In this document: positions 1-12,103 of the stretch, in pieces
Layout of the letters: each line of letters begins with the position of its first letter
How positions within the stretch are numbered: the first letter of the stretch is position 1
Assembly (NCBI RefSeq): GCF_001194135.2
Contig: NC_068985.1
Span: 29,058,326-29,100,463 of the forward strand
Source of the DNA: Octopus bimaculoides
Lineage: Eukaryota
Reading direction: 5' to 3'
DNA: 42,138 nucleotides
Made by a program: the position numbers and the translations under genes
Notes under the pieces: model-generated
The model's input: only the letters and a program-made list of their open reading frames with translations
Told to the model about the DNA's origin: nothing
The model's database searches: none

Positions 1-589
1 GCTATTCTAAGAACGTGTTAGAGACTGCCTCATCTTCGAAACACCTAGTTTAGAATAGAGGCAGCTGATGAAGGAAAAGTTCCATAAGTGGCTTGTCTGT
101 TTTCCTGTGTTCATTCTGTTGTCCGTAAAAAAAAGTCCATTTTTTGTGCTTTGTTTATGTTCCCGTTCCTTTTTTGTCCACGTTTTTTGACGTCCTGTAC
201 CCAGATATGCATCTATATAAACATGTAGATGTAGGTATGTACATATATGTATGTATACATGCATATGCTCATATATCATTTGTATTATATATATATATTG
301 ATGATGTCATAATTCAGTCTGATCCAGAACCAAACTACACTCTTAACCATTTTTCAGATCACACTTTACTGTCTTAAAAAAAAGTTGGCATACATTGGAT
401 AGTATAGTCCTAGCTGCACAACGTTTGAATAAAAAGATGGGATGATCATGATTTGAATGCTTCTGATCAAAGATTTGCTTCATCAAGATTGACATAAAAA
501 CATCAACACTTAACCCATTTAATGCAAACAATGACTGAAAGAAATAATAGATTTTTTTTTTAAATTGATAAAACACAATTCATACTTAC

Positions 590-804
590 AATTTTTGTGA
601 TAGAAATATTAAAAATTGCCTCCCCTAATTTTTCCATATCTGGTTCTTGATCAGCAGCTTTGCTCTTGATAAATTTCCAGATAATTTTCTGCACCAGTTT
701 GGAATGACGTACAGGGGACATGGAATACCTTACACATTGATTTGATTTCCACTTTGGTGTAGTTTTATTGTGTATCAACTCCATAAAATAAGGATGGCAT
801 GTAT
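590..804 (-). CDS. SEL1L3: SEL1L3-like, coding exon (last one identified in window)
   Basis: AG acceptor at 805-806, GTAAGT donor at 589; (N)TCHPYFMELIH...DMEKLGEAIFNISITKI resembles human EACHLHNSYLDL...VSEIGGKIF as recalled; phase 1 in, phase 0 out. Confidence 0.85.
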
Positions 805-1603
805 CTGGTTGAGAATGGAATCGTAGTTGATATAATTAAAAGGGACTGTATACATACAATTTGATAATAACCATATATAATAATAGCATAGGGACTTAGA
901 AATTCCTGGCATTGTACTTGGGTGTAAATAAAAGAGAATAAAATATATTAAAATGCTGGGGCTTTATTATATTCAAGAATGCACGATACTTAAATAAATA
1001 TGGTATACGTATACTAATTTACTAATGCAAAATTTGTAAATGATTTCAGAGTGAAAATTTTACCCCTATTACAAATATGTGCTTATTGTTACATGCATTC
1101 TCTAAAGCCAACTAAATCAGTCGAAAAATATAAAAGTGATGGATATTTAATTGCTATGAGAATTGTAATATGGCTGTAATATTATTCTCATGTTTAGGAT
1201 TCGTATCAAAAGGAATTTAACAAACTCAGATCAACAAAACAAATAATATATATATATTTGGTGGGATTTAGGAAAATAGCATGATACCACTCACACAGGG
1301 GCTAACTCATTCTTTCAAATGGCAAGAGCTCCAACTCACCTAATCTGATCCTGATATTTTACAAAGGTATAAATGCACAGAAAACTTTCCTCTGTGTAAC
1401 AGTCATGCGCCAATGAGGAAACCTCTGTATGATCAACTGATCTGCCACAAATAACAGCCACTTCACTTTTCAAATCACAACTAACCATTTTTGATGAAAA
1501 TACATGAGGCATAATAATCCCTGATATACAACTTTATTCATAGGTGTGTTCACTAACCTATGGTCAAACAACCTAATGAATAAAAGTCAAAATATTATCT
1601 TAC

Positions 1604-1742
1604 TATTATAGATAAAGTCCATCTTCTTTTCCTTGTAAACTTTAATCTTTTCCTTTATCCAAGTTAAGTAATTTTCACATCGTTTGTCTCGGCTGGTCAG
1701 TCTGAGCTCAAACATAGTACTGTGTGGATTTGGCATAGAAAT
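1604..1742 (-). CDS. SEL1L3: SEL1L3-like coding exon
   Basis: ttttgttttcag acceptor, GTAAGA donor; 139 nt, ISMPNPHSTMFELRLTSRDKRCENYLTWIKEKIKVYKEKKMDFIYN; phases fit both neighbours. Confidence 0.85.
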
Positions 1743-1823
1743 CTGAAAACAAAATCATATACGGAGATCAGAAATAAAACTTAATTGGTTGGCCTAGAAA
1801 TGTGACTAAAATCACTTTTAATA

Positions 1824-2187
1824 AGGAGTGGCTGTGTGGTAAGTAGCTTGCTTACCAACCACATGGTTCTGGGTTCATGCCCACTCATTCATTCTACTAT
1901 AGCCTCGGGCCAACCAAAGCCTTGTGAGTGGATTTGGTAGACGGAAACTGAAAGAAGCCTGTCGTATATATGTGTATGTATATGTTTGAGTGTCTGTGTT
2001 TGCCCCCCCCCCCCCAACATCGATTGACAACCGATGGTGGTGTGTTTACGTCCCTGTAACTTAGCAGTTCGGCATAAGAGACCAATATTACAAAGAATAA
2101 GTCCTGGGGTCGATTTGTTCGACAAAAGGTGGTGCTCCAGCATAGGTGGTGCTCCAGCAGTCAAATGACTGAAACAAGTAAAAGAGT
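1824..2187 (+). mobile_element. tRNA-derived SINE family A (internal deletion)
   Basis: A/B-box-like head GTGGCTGTGTGG...GGTTC; internal (TA)(TG) tract; AAAAGAGT tail; about 10 copies in window. Confidence 0.85.
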
Positions 2188-2976
2188 AATGCATTTGAAG
2201 AATTATGAATACATCTACAGAATCTATTCATTTGTAAAGTAAATGAAATTTTTTTTTTTAGGTATTTTATTAAAATAGGTAAATGGAAGACAGTTTGCTG
2301 ATATAATTTTTTATACATAACATTCATAGGTAAACATTCCAAGAAACTACTGTGTTATTAGTTTTCTACCTGGGGTTAAACAACACCTGCAACAACTTCT
2401 ACTTGACATAACTAATTGCACTATGAAAATAGCACAAGCATTTCTATAAAATATTAGATGACAGCAATATTAGTTGGTTGGCTGGTGGGTGGGTTTCTCC
2501 AGTCATATAGAAAGAAGGGAGGAGGAATTAAAGAGAGATACAGACAGAGTTAGCATATGACATGCAGGACGAGTGCACATACTAGGCTTGGTAGCAGGCA
2601 ATGAATAAAGAAATGCTATATACTTACACACACTCACACATTACATAGTGAGAGAGAAAGAATCATAGAGACAGAGGAGGAGGAAACAATCAAGTAGTTA
2701 TGGGAAGAGTTATACAAATAAGAAATTTGTTTCATTTCGACTTATTATAAACTAATAAATAGTTTTCTTTTGAAAATTAGTATTCATTTCATTATTCAGC
2801 AAAAGTACCATGAAATTTAATAAAAGTTAGATTATAATTTATTATATGTATGTCGTATTTCCTGATATTGCCCATGGTGCCAAAAGTATACCTACAAAAT
2901 TACTTGCCATGAGACAGGTAATACTCTAGTTTTCAATAATATAAAAATGATATTGTTATTCAAAAGAATTCATTAC

Positions 2977-3109
2977 CTTCCTGGGAGCAACAACATAGCG
3001 TCTGTAAAATGTAACTTGACCAAAATATCCTTTGAAAGCTGGTACAAATTCAGAACCTCCGAATGAAAATATTCCCTCCACATCATTGTAACGAATATCT
3101 GTATTAAAC
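2977..3109 (-). CDS. SEL1L3: SEL1L3-like coding exon (LamG/ConA-like region)
   Basis: FNTDIRYNDVEGIFSFGGSEFVPAFKGYFGQVTFYRR matches recalled human [36 protein letters not shown]; canonical AG/GT. Confidence 0.93.
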
Positions 3110-3204
3110 CTTTATAGACAGAGAAAATTTAAAGAAAGCTTAGAAAATTTTAAATAAAATATTGTTATTCATAACATATGCAGAAAAGGAAAATTTCATT
3201 TATA

Positions 3205-3400
3205 ATATTGGCTTCAAATTTTGGAATAAGGTTAGTAATTTCAGAGGAAGGGTTTAGTTGATTACATCAACCCCAGTGATCAACTGGTACTTATTTTATT
3301 GACTCCTGAAAGGATGAAAGGCAAAGTCGACCTCAACAGAATTTGAACTCAGAATGTGAAGATGGACAAAATGCTGCTCACGATTCTGCCAGCTTGTTGC
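3205..3400 (-). mobile_element. tRNA-derived SINE family B
   Basis: Reverse complement of GCTGGCAGAA...GTTCAAATTC...GTCGACTTTGCCTTTCATCC...AAGTACCAG; at least 12 copies in window (also about 8690-8797, 15040-15250, 36020-36105, 39505-39700 on minus). Confidence 0.8.
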
Positions 3401-3560
3401 ACTGGTTTTATTTATGGTATTTACAGATAAACACAACAAAAGAAAGAAATTAAATCTTTTAGTTGGGTGTGGCAGTCAATATTTATAATTGTGTAGTCAT
3501 TCTTGCCTTTATTTGGGTGAGTCAGACATTGTTCCACACTGTTTATTTCACATTACTATA

Positions 3561-3722
3561 GGTGCAGGCGTGGCTATGTGGTAAGTAGCTTGCTTACCAA
3601 CCACATGGTTCCGGGTTCAGTCCCATTACGTGGCACCTTGGGCAAGTGTCTTCTACTATAGCCTTGGGCCGACTAAAGCCTTGTGAGTGGATTTGGTAGA
3701 CGGAAACTGAAAGAAGCCTGTC

Positions 3723-3778
<56 letters not shown>

Positions 3779-3993
3779 ATATGTTTGTGTGTCTGTGTTT
3801 ATCCCCCCAACATCGCTTGACAACTGCTGGTAGTGTGTTTACATCCCCATAACTTAGCAGTTCAGCAAAATAGACTGATAGAATAAGTACTAGGCTTCCA
3901 ATGAATAAGTTCTGGAGTCGAATTTCTTGCTTAAAGGCGGTGCTCCAGCATGGTTGCAGTCAAATGACTGAAACAATTAAAAGAGTAAAAGAG
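3561..3993 (+). mobile_element. SINE family A, full length
   Basis: High similarity to copies at 1824, 36716, 38244, 40354. Confidence 0.88.
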
Positions 3994-4290
3994 ATATATT
4001 CACAATCACATTCTAGTTGATATCTATAGAAGGAGCTGAATTCAGTTCTGCAATCTAACAAAACACTTTATGATTTACAATACTTTCACTGTTTATAGAA
4101 TTAAGCTGTCACCATCTTGAATCACTTGTTTTACCATTACATACACTGAGCATTTAAGAATAAAGTATCTCGATATAGACACTGTACAAAACTAATGATT
4201 TGATATGAAAACCTCTTAACGGTGATCAAGTTTCATAGTCACATGCTTAATCAGTAATAAAAACTATAAATCAATAAAACAATTGCTTAC

Positions 4291-4349
4291 TGATGATCTA
4301 CTTCCAATTTATTTTTCCATTGTTCTCCATAATTAATTGTGATTGACCA
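4291..4349 (-). CDS. SEL1L3: SEL1L3-like small coding exon (59 nt)
   Basis: ttattcacttttag acceptor, GTAAGC donor; WSITINYGEQWKNKLEVDH(Q); supplies exactly the phase 0 to phase 2 bridge needed. Confidence 0.88.
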
Positions 4350-4401
4350 CTAAAAGTGAATAAAGAGAAAGGAGTTATAGCTATTAGTTATAAATCTACA
4401 T

Positions 4402-5298
4402 CAGTGGTTCCAAACCTTTTCACAGTGGTTCCCAACCCTTTTTATTTAAATGTGTTTTCCCATAGACCCCTTTTAATATGCTTATCCTTATGTATGTAAT
4501 ATATATACATATATAAAGTATAAGAGAAATTACCCATAACAGGTAACTTCTACATGCTAGAAGGCAGTCAAAAACGACCGAAAACCACAAAGTAAAACAT
4601 TTCAAAGGGAAGAGAAAATAAAAACTTTTACCTTATTTCTAACGGTTAGACCTATAGGATTCTGATTTTTTAGTAAATAAAGTAATTCACTACATGTTTT
4701 TTCCTTGAATGATTTTAGGTATTTTCTTAAGGATTTGACCTAAAGAGTGACTGATTTGGGGAGTAAAATCATTTCCCCGTTCTAATGAACTTGGATAGAA
4801 TTTGCTTATGATTTTATACAGTCCTATTTCAGCCATGAAATGCGCGTAGTTTATGTACTAGAACTGACTTTTATACATTTATACTTTCATACTTTATATT
4901 ATTGTATTGATTTTTACTGTCCAATTTAAAATTTTGATTTTTAAATTTTTTTAAAATTAATATTTTTATGATGAATGTTTCTTTATATGATATATTTATA
5001 CGATATATTATTTAAATTTTAAATTTTAAATTTTAGATTAAAATCTTTGATAAATATTAATATGGTATATGCCTCACAGCATGGATTTTGGACGGGTTCT
5101 GAGTTGACTGAGTTGTAGAGTGGTGGTTCGTCTCTAAATTAGTTATATACATATATATTANNNNNNNNNNNNNNNNNNNNNNNNATATATATATATATAT
5201 ATATATATACATATGAAATTTTGAATTTAGTTCATAGACTCTCAGTACTACCTTTGTAAACTGCCATGGGTCTGTGGACCCCAGGTTGGGAACCACTG
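4402..5298. mobile_element. Non-autonomous hAT (Charlie-like) element
   Basis: Ends CAGTGGTTCC...GGGAACCACTG; perfect 8-bp TSD ATCTACAT at 4394-4401 and 5299-5306; contains a small gap. Confidence 0.88.
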
Positions 5299-5779
5299 AT
5301 CTACATCAAAAATAATAAAACAAAGAACTTCAAAAAACTACAAATGAAATATTTGAAATTCACTGCTTTAAAGAGAAAGACACGAGAAATACACATTATT
5401 ACTTCATTGATTTAGGAGGCATGCAACACTGTATGGTGAGGTGAGAAAAGTGGTGACAGGAATTTAAAACATCAAACACAGAAAAGTGAAATAATAAAAA
5501 GGGGAGCAAAAAAGAAACAGATTTCAAGTAAAGCTTTAACAGTTCTACACGTGATAAGAACATCCACCATTTCCACCACTACCACCACCATAACATATTG
5601 ATAAACATATTTCCATTGCAATATCTATTTTCTCATGCTGGAAAATAATTCAGCTCCGAACGATGCCAACACTTTAAAAATACTGTTCACTTATCTGAGA
5701 TGGTGCAGTTATTTAACACAAACACAGTCTACAGCACAATACCCACCAAAATACCCAATTCCACTGGGTGAATTTTAAA

Positions 5780-6110
5780 TTAAGCCCTTCGTTCCCTATA
5801 CAGCATAGGTCATAAATGACTTTTCTCCATTGTTCACAATTCTTCAGTTGGACCCCTGCTTTTTCAGCTCTGCCTTAGTATCCCACCTCCAGATATTTTT
5901 AGAGCATCCGCTCTTCTGTTGGGACCAGACATGTGATGCAGGATGTTGGCTTCCTTTGGGATTTTGCCAGGCACATCATATGTTTCCCTGACGAAAGGCT
6001 TTTCAAGTTTTGTCGCTTCTAAATTTTCATCAATGTTTCCATAACTTCATTTTTTCTAAGCAGGGATGCTCTACACAAACTCATGTTTATCTCTGGAAAC
6101 AGGTGACCCA
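5780..6110 (-). mobile_element. Degenerate RTE-like LINE 3' end remnant
   Basis: Frameshifted translation KSGCSKNIWRWDT/AELKKQG resembles the RTE C-terminal RGRPKxTWRR...EAEL motif. Confidence 0.4.
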
Positions 6111-6620
6111 TATTAGTCTGTATACTATCCTTTGATCTATCTTGAATGGGAGGCCCTAGCAGGTGTTTGTGTTCCAATGATTAACAAACCTTAATTGACT
6201 CATGACCGTTTAGCCATTTTTTGCCCTCATTAATACTGTTATAAGGTTTTTGACTCTCCCAAAGTAACAAGTTATACATAACACCTGTCAAAATCACTTG
6301 ATTCACTTGATTCTTCTCATTATGCCTTCAGTACCCCAGCTATCTAAACCACCTTCACATTAAACCACTTGTTCACTTCTGTCTCTCCAGAACTGCAATC
6401 TCCTAAACTACCATCATTTTTACAACAGGCCTTGCTCTGCAGACGCACAAGCTGTATATCAATTGCCTTAACCTCATCAGCCTAGGAAACCAGCAAATAT
6501 CATGGACTCTTCTTACTCCTCCTCTTTTCCCCGCTTCTAAACACATTCTTTAAAACTTGGATTATAAAGAAAACGGGGGTGGGGTGGGGTGGGGTGTGGT
6601 TAGAAAACTTATTACTGTAC

Positions 6621-6736
6621 CTTATTGGAAGCTATAGAAAATACAAGTCGGAACCATTGATGAAGAGGAAGTTTAAATGGTGTTAAATTTGCCTCAGATC
6701 TTCCGTTCTTCATTATCATCTGAACATGGAGCTTAC
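6621..6736 (-). CDS. SEL1L3: SEL1L3-like coding exon (LamG/ConA-like region)
   Basis: (G)KLHVQMIMKNGRSEANLTPFKLPLHQWFRLVFSIASNK vs recalled human [38 protein letters not shown]; ttcttgtttatcag acceptor, GTACAG donor. Confidence 0.92.
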
Positions 6737-7075
6737 CTGATAAACAAGAATTTAAGATTGAGATAGTTTTCAGAAAATAACATTATCAAATTTCAGAATT
6801 AAGAGATATTTCCTACTTATGTGTATGCATGTCAATTGTGTATGTATGAACGATAACTCTTTTCAAGGTCCATAACTCAGGTTTACCTTGTTTCCTTATG
6901 ATTAGATTTTTTTTATCTATCTCTCTATCTATCTATCACTCGTCCAACTTCGTTTGTTTCCGTAGAATTTATCAAATTAGAAAACGCAAACTTAATATAA
7001 AAATATATTTTCTGAAATTGCAAATTATTTAAAATACGGAAACAAACGAAGGTGGACGAGTGGTAGATAGAAAGA

Positions 7076-7233
7076 GAGGGGGGAGAGGGAGAGAGAGGGA
7101 GAGAGAGAGGGAGAGAGAGAGGGAGAGAGAGAGAGAGNNNNNNNNNNNNNNNNNNNNNNNNNNNNNNNNNNNNNNNNNNNNNNNNNNGAGAGGGAGAGAG
7201 AGAGAGGGAGAGAGAGAGAGGGAGAGAGAGAGA
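7076..7233. repeat. (GA)n/(GAGG) purine tract with gap
   Basis: Direct reading; N at 7138-7187. Confidence 0.9.
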
Positions 7234-9362
7234 GCTCCGGCCAGTCAGTAGCCTAAGAAACAGATTTCAACTCAAACCAGCAGTAACGTTCCTTGTTTAG
7301 ATTTTTCTACTTTCACTTCTGACAGCTCATCCCATGACAGTGCCGTGTAGTTCAGTTAGAATATTTAATTGTAATAAAACCAGTCAGCAGTAACAGTTGT
7401 TTAAAACACGTAAACACTTGCTAAGAAAACAATATCACTTGTGTTAGCATGCAAAAGTAAAATATAAAGCAGAAGAAAAATGTAGAGAGGAACTATTTCA
7501 TCGACTCTATAATTTGACTGGATATTTAGGACGCGACGCGCGTTAGGATGGCCCCACTCTCACTGCATCGGTCCACTCTGGACATCAGGACGGCTTCACT
7601 CTTACTGGATCGGTTACAAACCTGGGTATCGCCGCCCATCACGCAGATAAGAGAAAAGTAAATAAATATAGGAGTCTGAACGGCTGCCGTCGAGACTTTA
7701 GGATGTCTCCGACCCTGCACTGTCGATTTCCTCCGCAAAATCGGGACAACTGCGGCCCGTTTGAGAAATAAACCCCATGAGATGGGGTGTCTACTGCAGC
7801 TAGTGTCGATGCCCATTCTCCATCGCGGTCAGGTCCGCTGGGCAGGGCTGAACGCGCCCTTTGTTCTAAGGTGTTCTTCCCCATCATCCCATCCAATCAT
7901 CACTCCTTAAGCTCCACTCCTTCTTTCCTTTTCTTTGTTTCCTTATAATTAAATTGTAATTAAAATCTGTATGCAAATGTTTATTTCTTAAACCATTTTA
8001 AAGTGTTATATTTATGCTGTTGTGCCTCAGTATAGCTGTATTTATGTTTTAGTATCATACTAACTTGTATTTTACACTCATGTTAAAGAAAAGTAGAGGA
8101 TTCTGAACAAGTATATAACAGTAATTATATCCCTTGTTGGCAGTAAAATAATCCTCTGTCTAAAGAAGCGATTATATTATGTAAATCGAAAAAGATATAC
8201 TGTCAAACTAGCAGTCGAAATTAAACTATGAAGCCAGTATATGGACAATTGCTGGAAAATAACTAGTTAAAACTCCGTCGTTAAATATATAATTTTAGTT
8301 AAAAATTCACTAAGTGTAGTAGACTTAATATGTGATCTTGTTTAACATTACATTATTTTACAGGGATTCGAACCAGCTTTCCAATTTGAAAATACCATCT
8401 TCCTTCCTACTAAGTCCTGTAAGGCAATGCCATCTCTCTAGAATTTTTTTTGTTTTTTTTTGTTTTTGTTTTTAAATAAGAATTGAAAACAAGAATTTGA
8501 AAGGTATCGTCTTAATGTATGCAAGGGAGACAAGTCTGCTAGCATTAAATTTTACGTGAGTGAGCGGTATAAAATGACATGTTGATTATCTTTGTCTAGA
8601 TTCTATACTGAAGACCATTGTTTTCTGTAACTTCAGATTTCCATATGTAAAATGAAAATATTCTTTTCTACTCTACCCCCGCCCATCCCTAAAGTTTGGG
8701 ATGGGCGGGGGCAGTATGCAACTGGTACTTAATTTATCGACCCCGAAAGGATGAAAGGTAAAGTCGACCTCGGTGGAATTTGAACTCAGAACGTAAAGTA
8801 AAATGAAAATATTAAAATAACTTTGGTGTGCATCTCACAGATAATAAAATAAAATTATTTCTTCCTTTCTCTTTAAAATTAACCTGAATATAGCGTATGA
8901 AATATATGAGTGTTTTCAATGTCTGTAAAACTGTCCAATCTACAATTTTCAAACAAAGATATTTAATTTTCTTTAAATATGTTATTTAATTTCTTATGCG
9001 TGCTTGTTACAGAAATTAGAGAGAAAACAAACTGACACAAATCAATCGAATGACCATGAAAAGTAACGATTAAACTAATAATGGCATGATATTCATCTTA
9101 TGAAGGTTTTCTCACATTAGAAAAAACTATACATTTTTAGAAGAACCTATACAGTTTGTTGAATTGTCTGTTATACATTTCATCGTTTTCCGAGGTCAAG
9201 GATTTATGGAAGACAAAGTCGACCCAGAATACAGAGCAACAAGAGTAAATTCTAAAGTAATTTAGCTTAATACACTACCGTTTCGGCCATTCCCACTTCC
9301 ATTCCTTGTTTTCAAAGAAATGAGAATGGTAAATATAAAGTTAGATATCGTCATAGACTTAC

Positions 9363-9493
9363 CCTCGTCAGTAAAAAACAATAAAGGGGACAAATAGTTG
9401 TTCATCCAATCAAAATGATACATGATACTGCATAGGTTTGTTAGACTTCCAGTACAATATTCTAATATATACATCCACATGCTGACTGTTAGC
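9363..9493 (-). CDS. SEL1L3: SEL1L3-like coding exon
   Basis: LTVSMWMYILEYCTGSLTNLCSIMYHFDWMNNYLSPLLFFTDEG vs recalled human [41 protein letters not shown]; tcttctttttgcag acceptor, GTAAGT donor. Confidence 0.93.
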
Positions 9494-9554
9494 CTGCAAA
9501 AAGAAGAGGATACAGTCTTCGTTATATTTGCAATAATACAACAACAAAATATCA

Positions 9555-9682
9555 TGTGTATGTGTATGTGTCCGTTTTTAATTTTTTAACTCTCCAATCG
9601 TATTTGTTAATTGTTTAATAATACATATATGGACATGTATACTTGTATGCGTGCATGAGTATGGATGTATATGTATGTGTGC

Positions 9683-9751
<69 letters not shown>

Positions 9752-9850
9752 CATATGTATGCATATGTATGCATGCATGCATGTTTATGTGTGTATATGT
9801 ACACATGTGTATGTGCGAATGCATATATATGTGGATGAGTGTGTGCATAT
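9555..9850. repeat. Compound (TA)n/(TG)n/TATG low-complexity tract
   Basis: Direct reading; source of spurious HT/CV-rich ORFs. Confidence 0.9.
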
Positions 9851-10055
9851 TTTCACCATATTACATTCCATTGCTTTGAAGTAGGAAGAACATATTAACG
9901 AATTATGTAGCTCTAGATATACTTGAATGGAAAAATTCGGCGAGATGGTCACGTCTTGAAAATGTCATCATAGGGTTGCCCAGTCAATTACAGCCGTGGA
10001 CTTCACATTCTAAGATTTTGTCATAAAAAAATGTAAACATTTAAATTACCATTAC

Positions 10056-10182
10056 CTCGGCTCATTTATTTCAGTTAATCGTGTTTTCTCCAGATTTAAG
10101 TTATTGTACGGCTTAAAGGTATGAAACAGTCCAAAGTTTAAACCATTCAATGCAATAGGGTAATCCAAGATCTTCACAGTTT
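10056..10182 (-). CDS. SEL1L3: SEL1L3-like coding exon
   Basis: 127 nt, (E)TVKILDYPIALNGLNFGLFHTFKPYNNLNLEKTRLTEINEP(R); canonical sites, phases 1 and 2 fit neighbours. Confidence 0.9.
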
Positions 10183-11384
10183 CTGCAATGGCCAAACAGT
10201 GAGAAAATATTCATTAGCGAGTGAAATAGCAATTGTGATTGTGTTTAAATTCATTTTTAACGTGTGCTGTTATTGTTATCTTATAATAATTCTGCTTGTT
10301 GTTGCGTTACTTAGCCCGTAGCTAACGCTTTCACGTGATTAGAGAAAAAGAGGGAGAAAGAAAAGAAGGAGAGAGAAAAAGAGGAGGAAGTAATAGAGGG
10401 AGAAAGAAAGAAGGAAAGAAAAAAAGAAGAGAGAGTAACAGAGGGAGAGAGAAGCGTCCATGACGTGATGTAGAGGGAATGTAATTGTAATGTTTTCAGG
10501 TGAAGGGAAATAGCGGAGAAAGAAAAAGAGGATAAAGCGAAGAGTGAGACACAAAGAGGGTGAAAGAAAAAAGGGGAGAGGGAAGAGTCCATGACGTGAG
10601 GTAGGGGGAACGTAATATTTATTACGTGGTTAAAAATGCGAGTCGAAGGTAGAGGAGGACAATTAAAAATATAACTTTAGCATAGGGATGATGTTAAAGA
10701 AAGGCACACAGAGAGGGGAAGGAGAGAGGAGGAAAGAGAGGTAGAGGTAGAGAAAGAGAGAGGAGAGGGAGGGTGAGAGATTATGATAGTGGTGGTGATT
10801 GGATAGGAAAATGTGTATTTATTTTTAACTGAAGTTTTTTTATATCACCTGTCACATGACGTATGCATATAAGTGCAATTCCGTGAAATATTCACGCTTA
10901 TTTACGTGTCAGACATACAATTTAACTAAAGGTTGTATCATATGTACGGATTTTGGAGGTTTTTATTTGTTTATGGGGGAAATGGAAAAATAAGAGTGAA
11001 TATTTATTTTATGAGTGCTGCGTATTAAGTCTATAAAATTGTGCATAAAGTATATAAAGTGTATATATATAAAGTATATTAAGTAATCATCGAATTCCAA
11101 TTTCTTTCACTTTTCAATGAGTGTAGAGCGTAACAAGAGAGTATACGACTTACAAAGGAACAAGGGATAATGTCATTCATTAGCTTAAAGCTAATTGTGT
11201 ATCACCTTATAGCTTCGTCAGAGCTTCAAAAATGAAGTGCAATTTTATTTGAAAAATCATTTATACACATAGAAAGGATCACTGACGAAAAACAAAATAT
11301 AAAAGTATGTAAGAAATGGAGTATTAAGATTGAAAATTAAAAGCTACTCCCTGAAATATGTAGATTTAGATAATTTTGTGTGTG

Positions 11385-11417
<33 letters not shown>

Positions 11418-11639
11418 ATATATATATATATATATATATATACATCTCACTACATAAATAAATGAAGTTTGTACGAAACGTACGTACTGCTATAACCTAG
11501 TGCATTTTTGTTGTTTTTCTTCAAACTTTATTCACCAAATCTCTTGATTTTGTTTTGGGTTTTTACACGACCAAATTCTGGTGCCTCAAACATTTTAAGT
11601 ACCATATTTAATCTTTTGATTAAATCTATATATATATAT

Positions 11640-11825
11640 GGGAGAATATACAAATAATAACAACAGACGAGGACAGGTGGTGTAAATAACAAAAGTATAT
11701 ATTAGTATGACGCTCGGGAATACGGAAAGTCTTTGACGTTTCGAGCTACGCTCTTCAACAGAGTGAATACGGAGACAAGGAGAAAAACACGGAGAAAAAA
11801 AATTGAATAGTGTTCAGTCAACGGT
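11640..11825 (-). mobile_element. Probable pLTR fragment of a second Penelope-type family with a hammerhead-like motif
   Basis: Minus strand CTGTTGA-AGAGC-GTA-GCTC-GAAAC-GTC at 11729-11761; CpG-retaining segment between microsatellites; no ORF support. Confidence 0.45.
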
Positions 11826-11941
11826 AGACATATAGACAATGCATATTGAGAAATACACACACATATACATAGACATACACAGAGATAGATCCAGGTATAT
11901 AGACATATATATAAACATCAACATGAGCGTATACATATACT

Positions 11942-11979
<38 letters not shown>

Positions 11980-12103
11980 TTGGTCAATTTAAAAATTCGT
12001 TAGAAACTGTTGTAATGAATTGACACCTATCCATCGTTGTGATATATATATGTGTGTGTGTGTGTGTGTAACATTTGAGTAAATATTCTAAATTTACACT
12101 TAC

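Noticed and set aside
20-90. CTGATGA-AGGAA..TTCC hammerhead-like motif and short inverted repeats at the window start
   Set aside because: No GAAA after stem II and no consistent stem I/III; at most a decayed repeat fragment.
343-576. ORF with a good acceptor at 535, as next SEL1L3-like exon
   Set aside because: Would need a 55-nt intron, and the translation does not resemble the expected SSCCGYHKASYYLA region.
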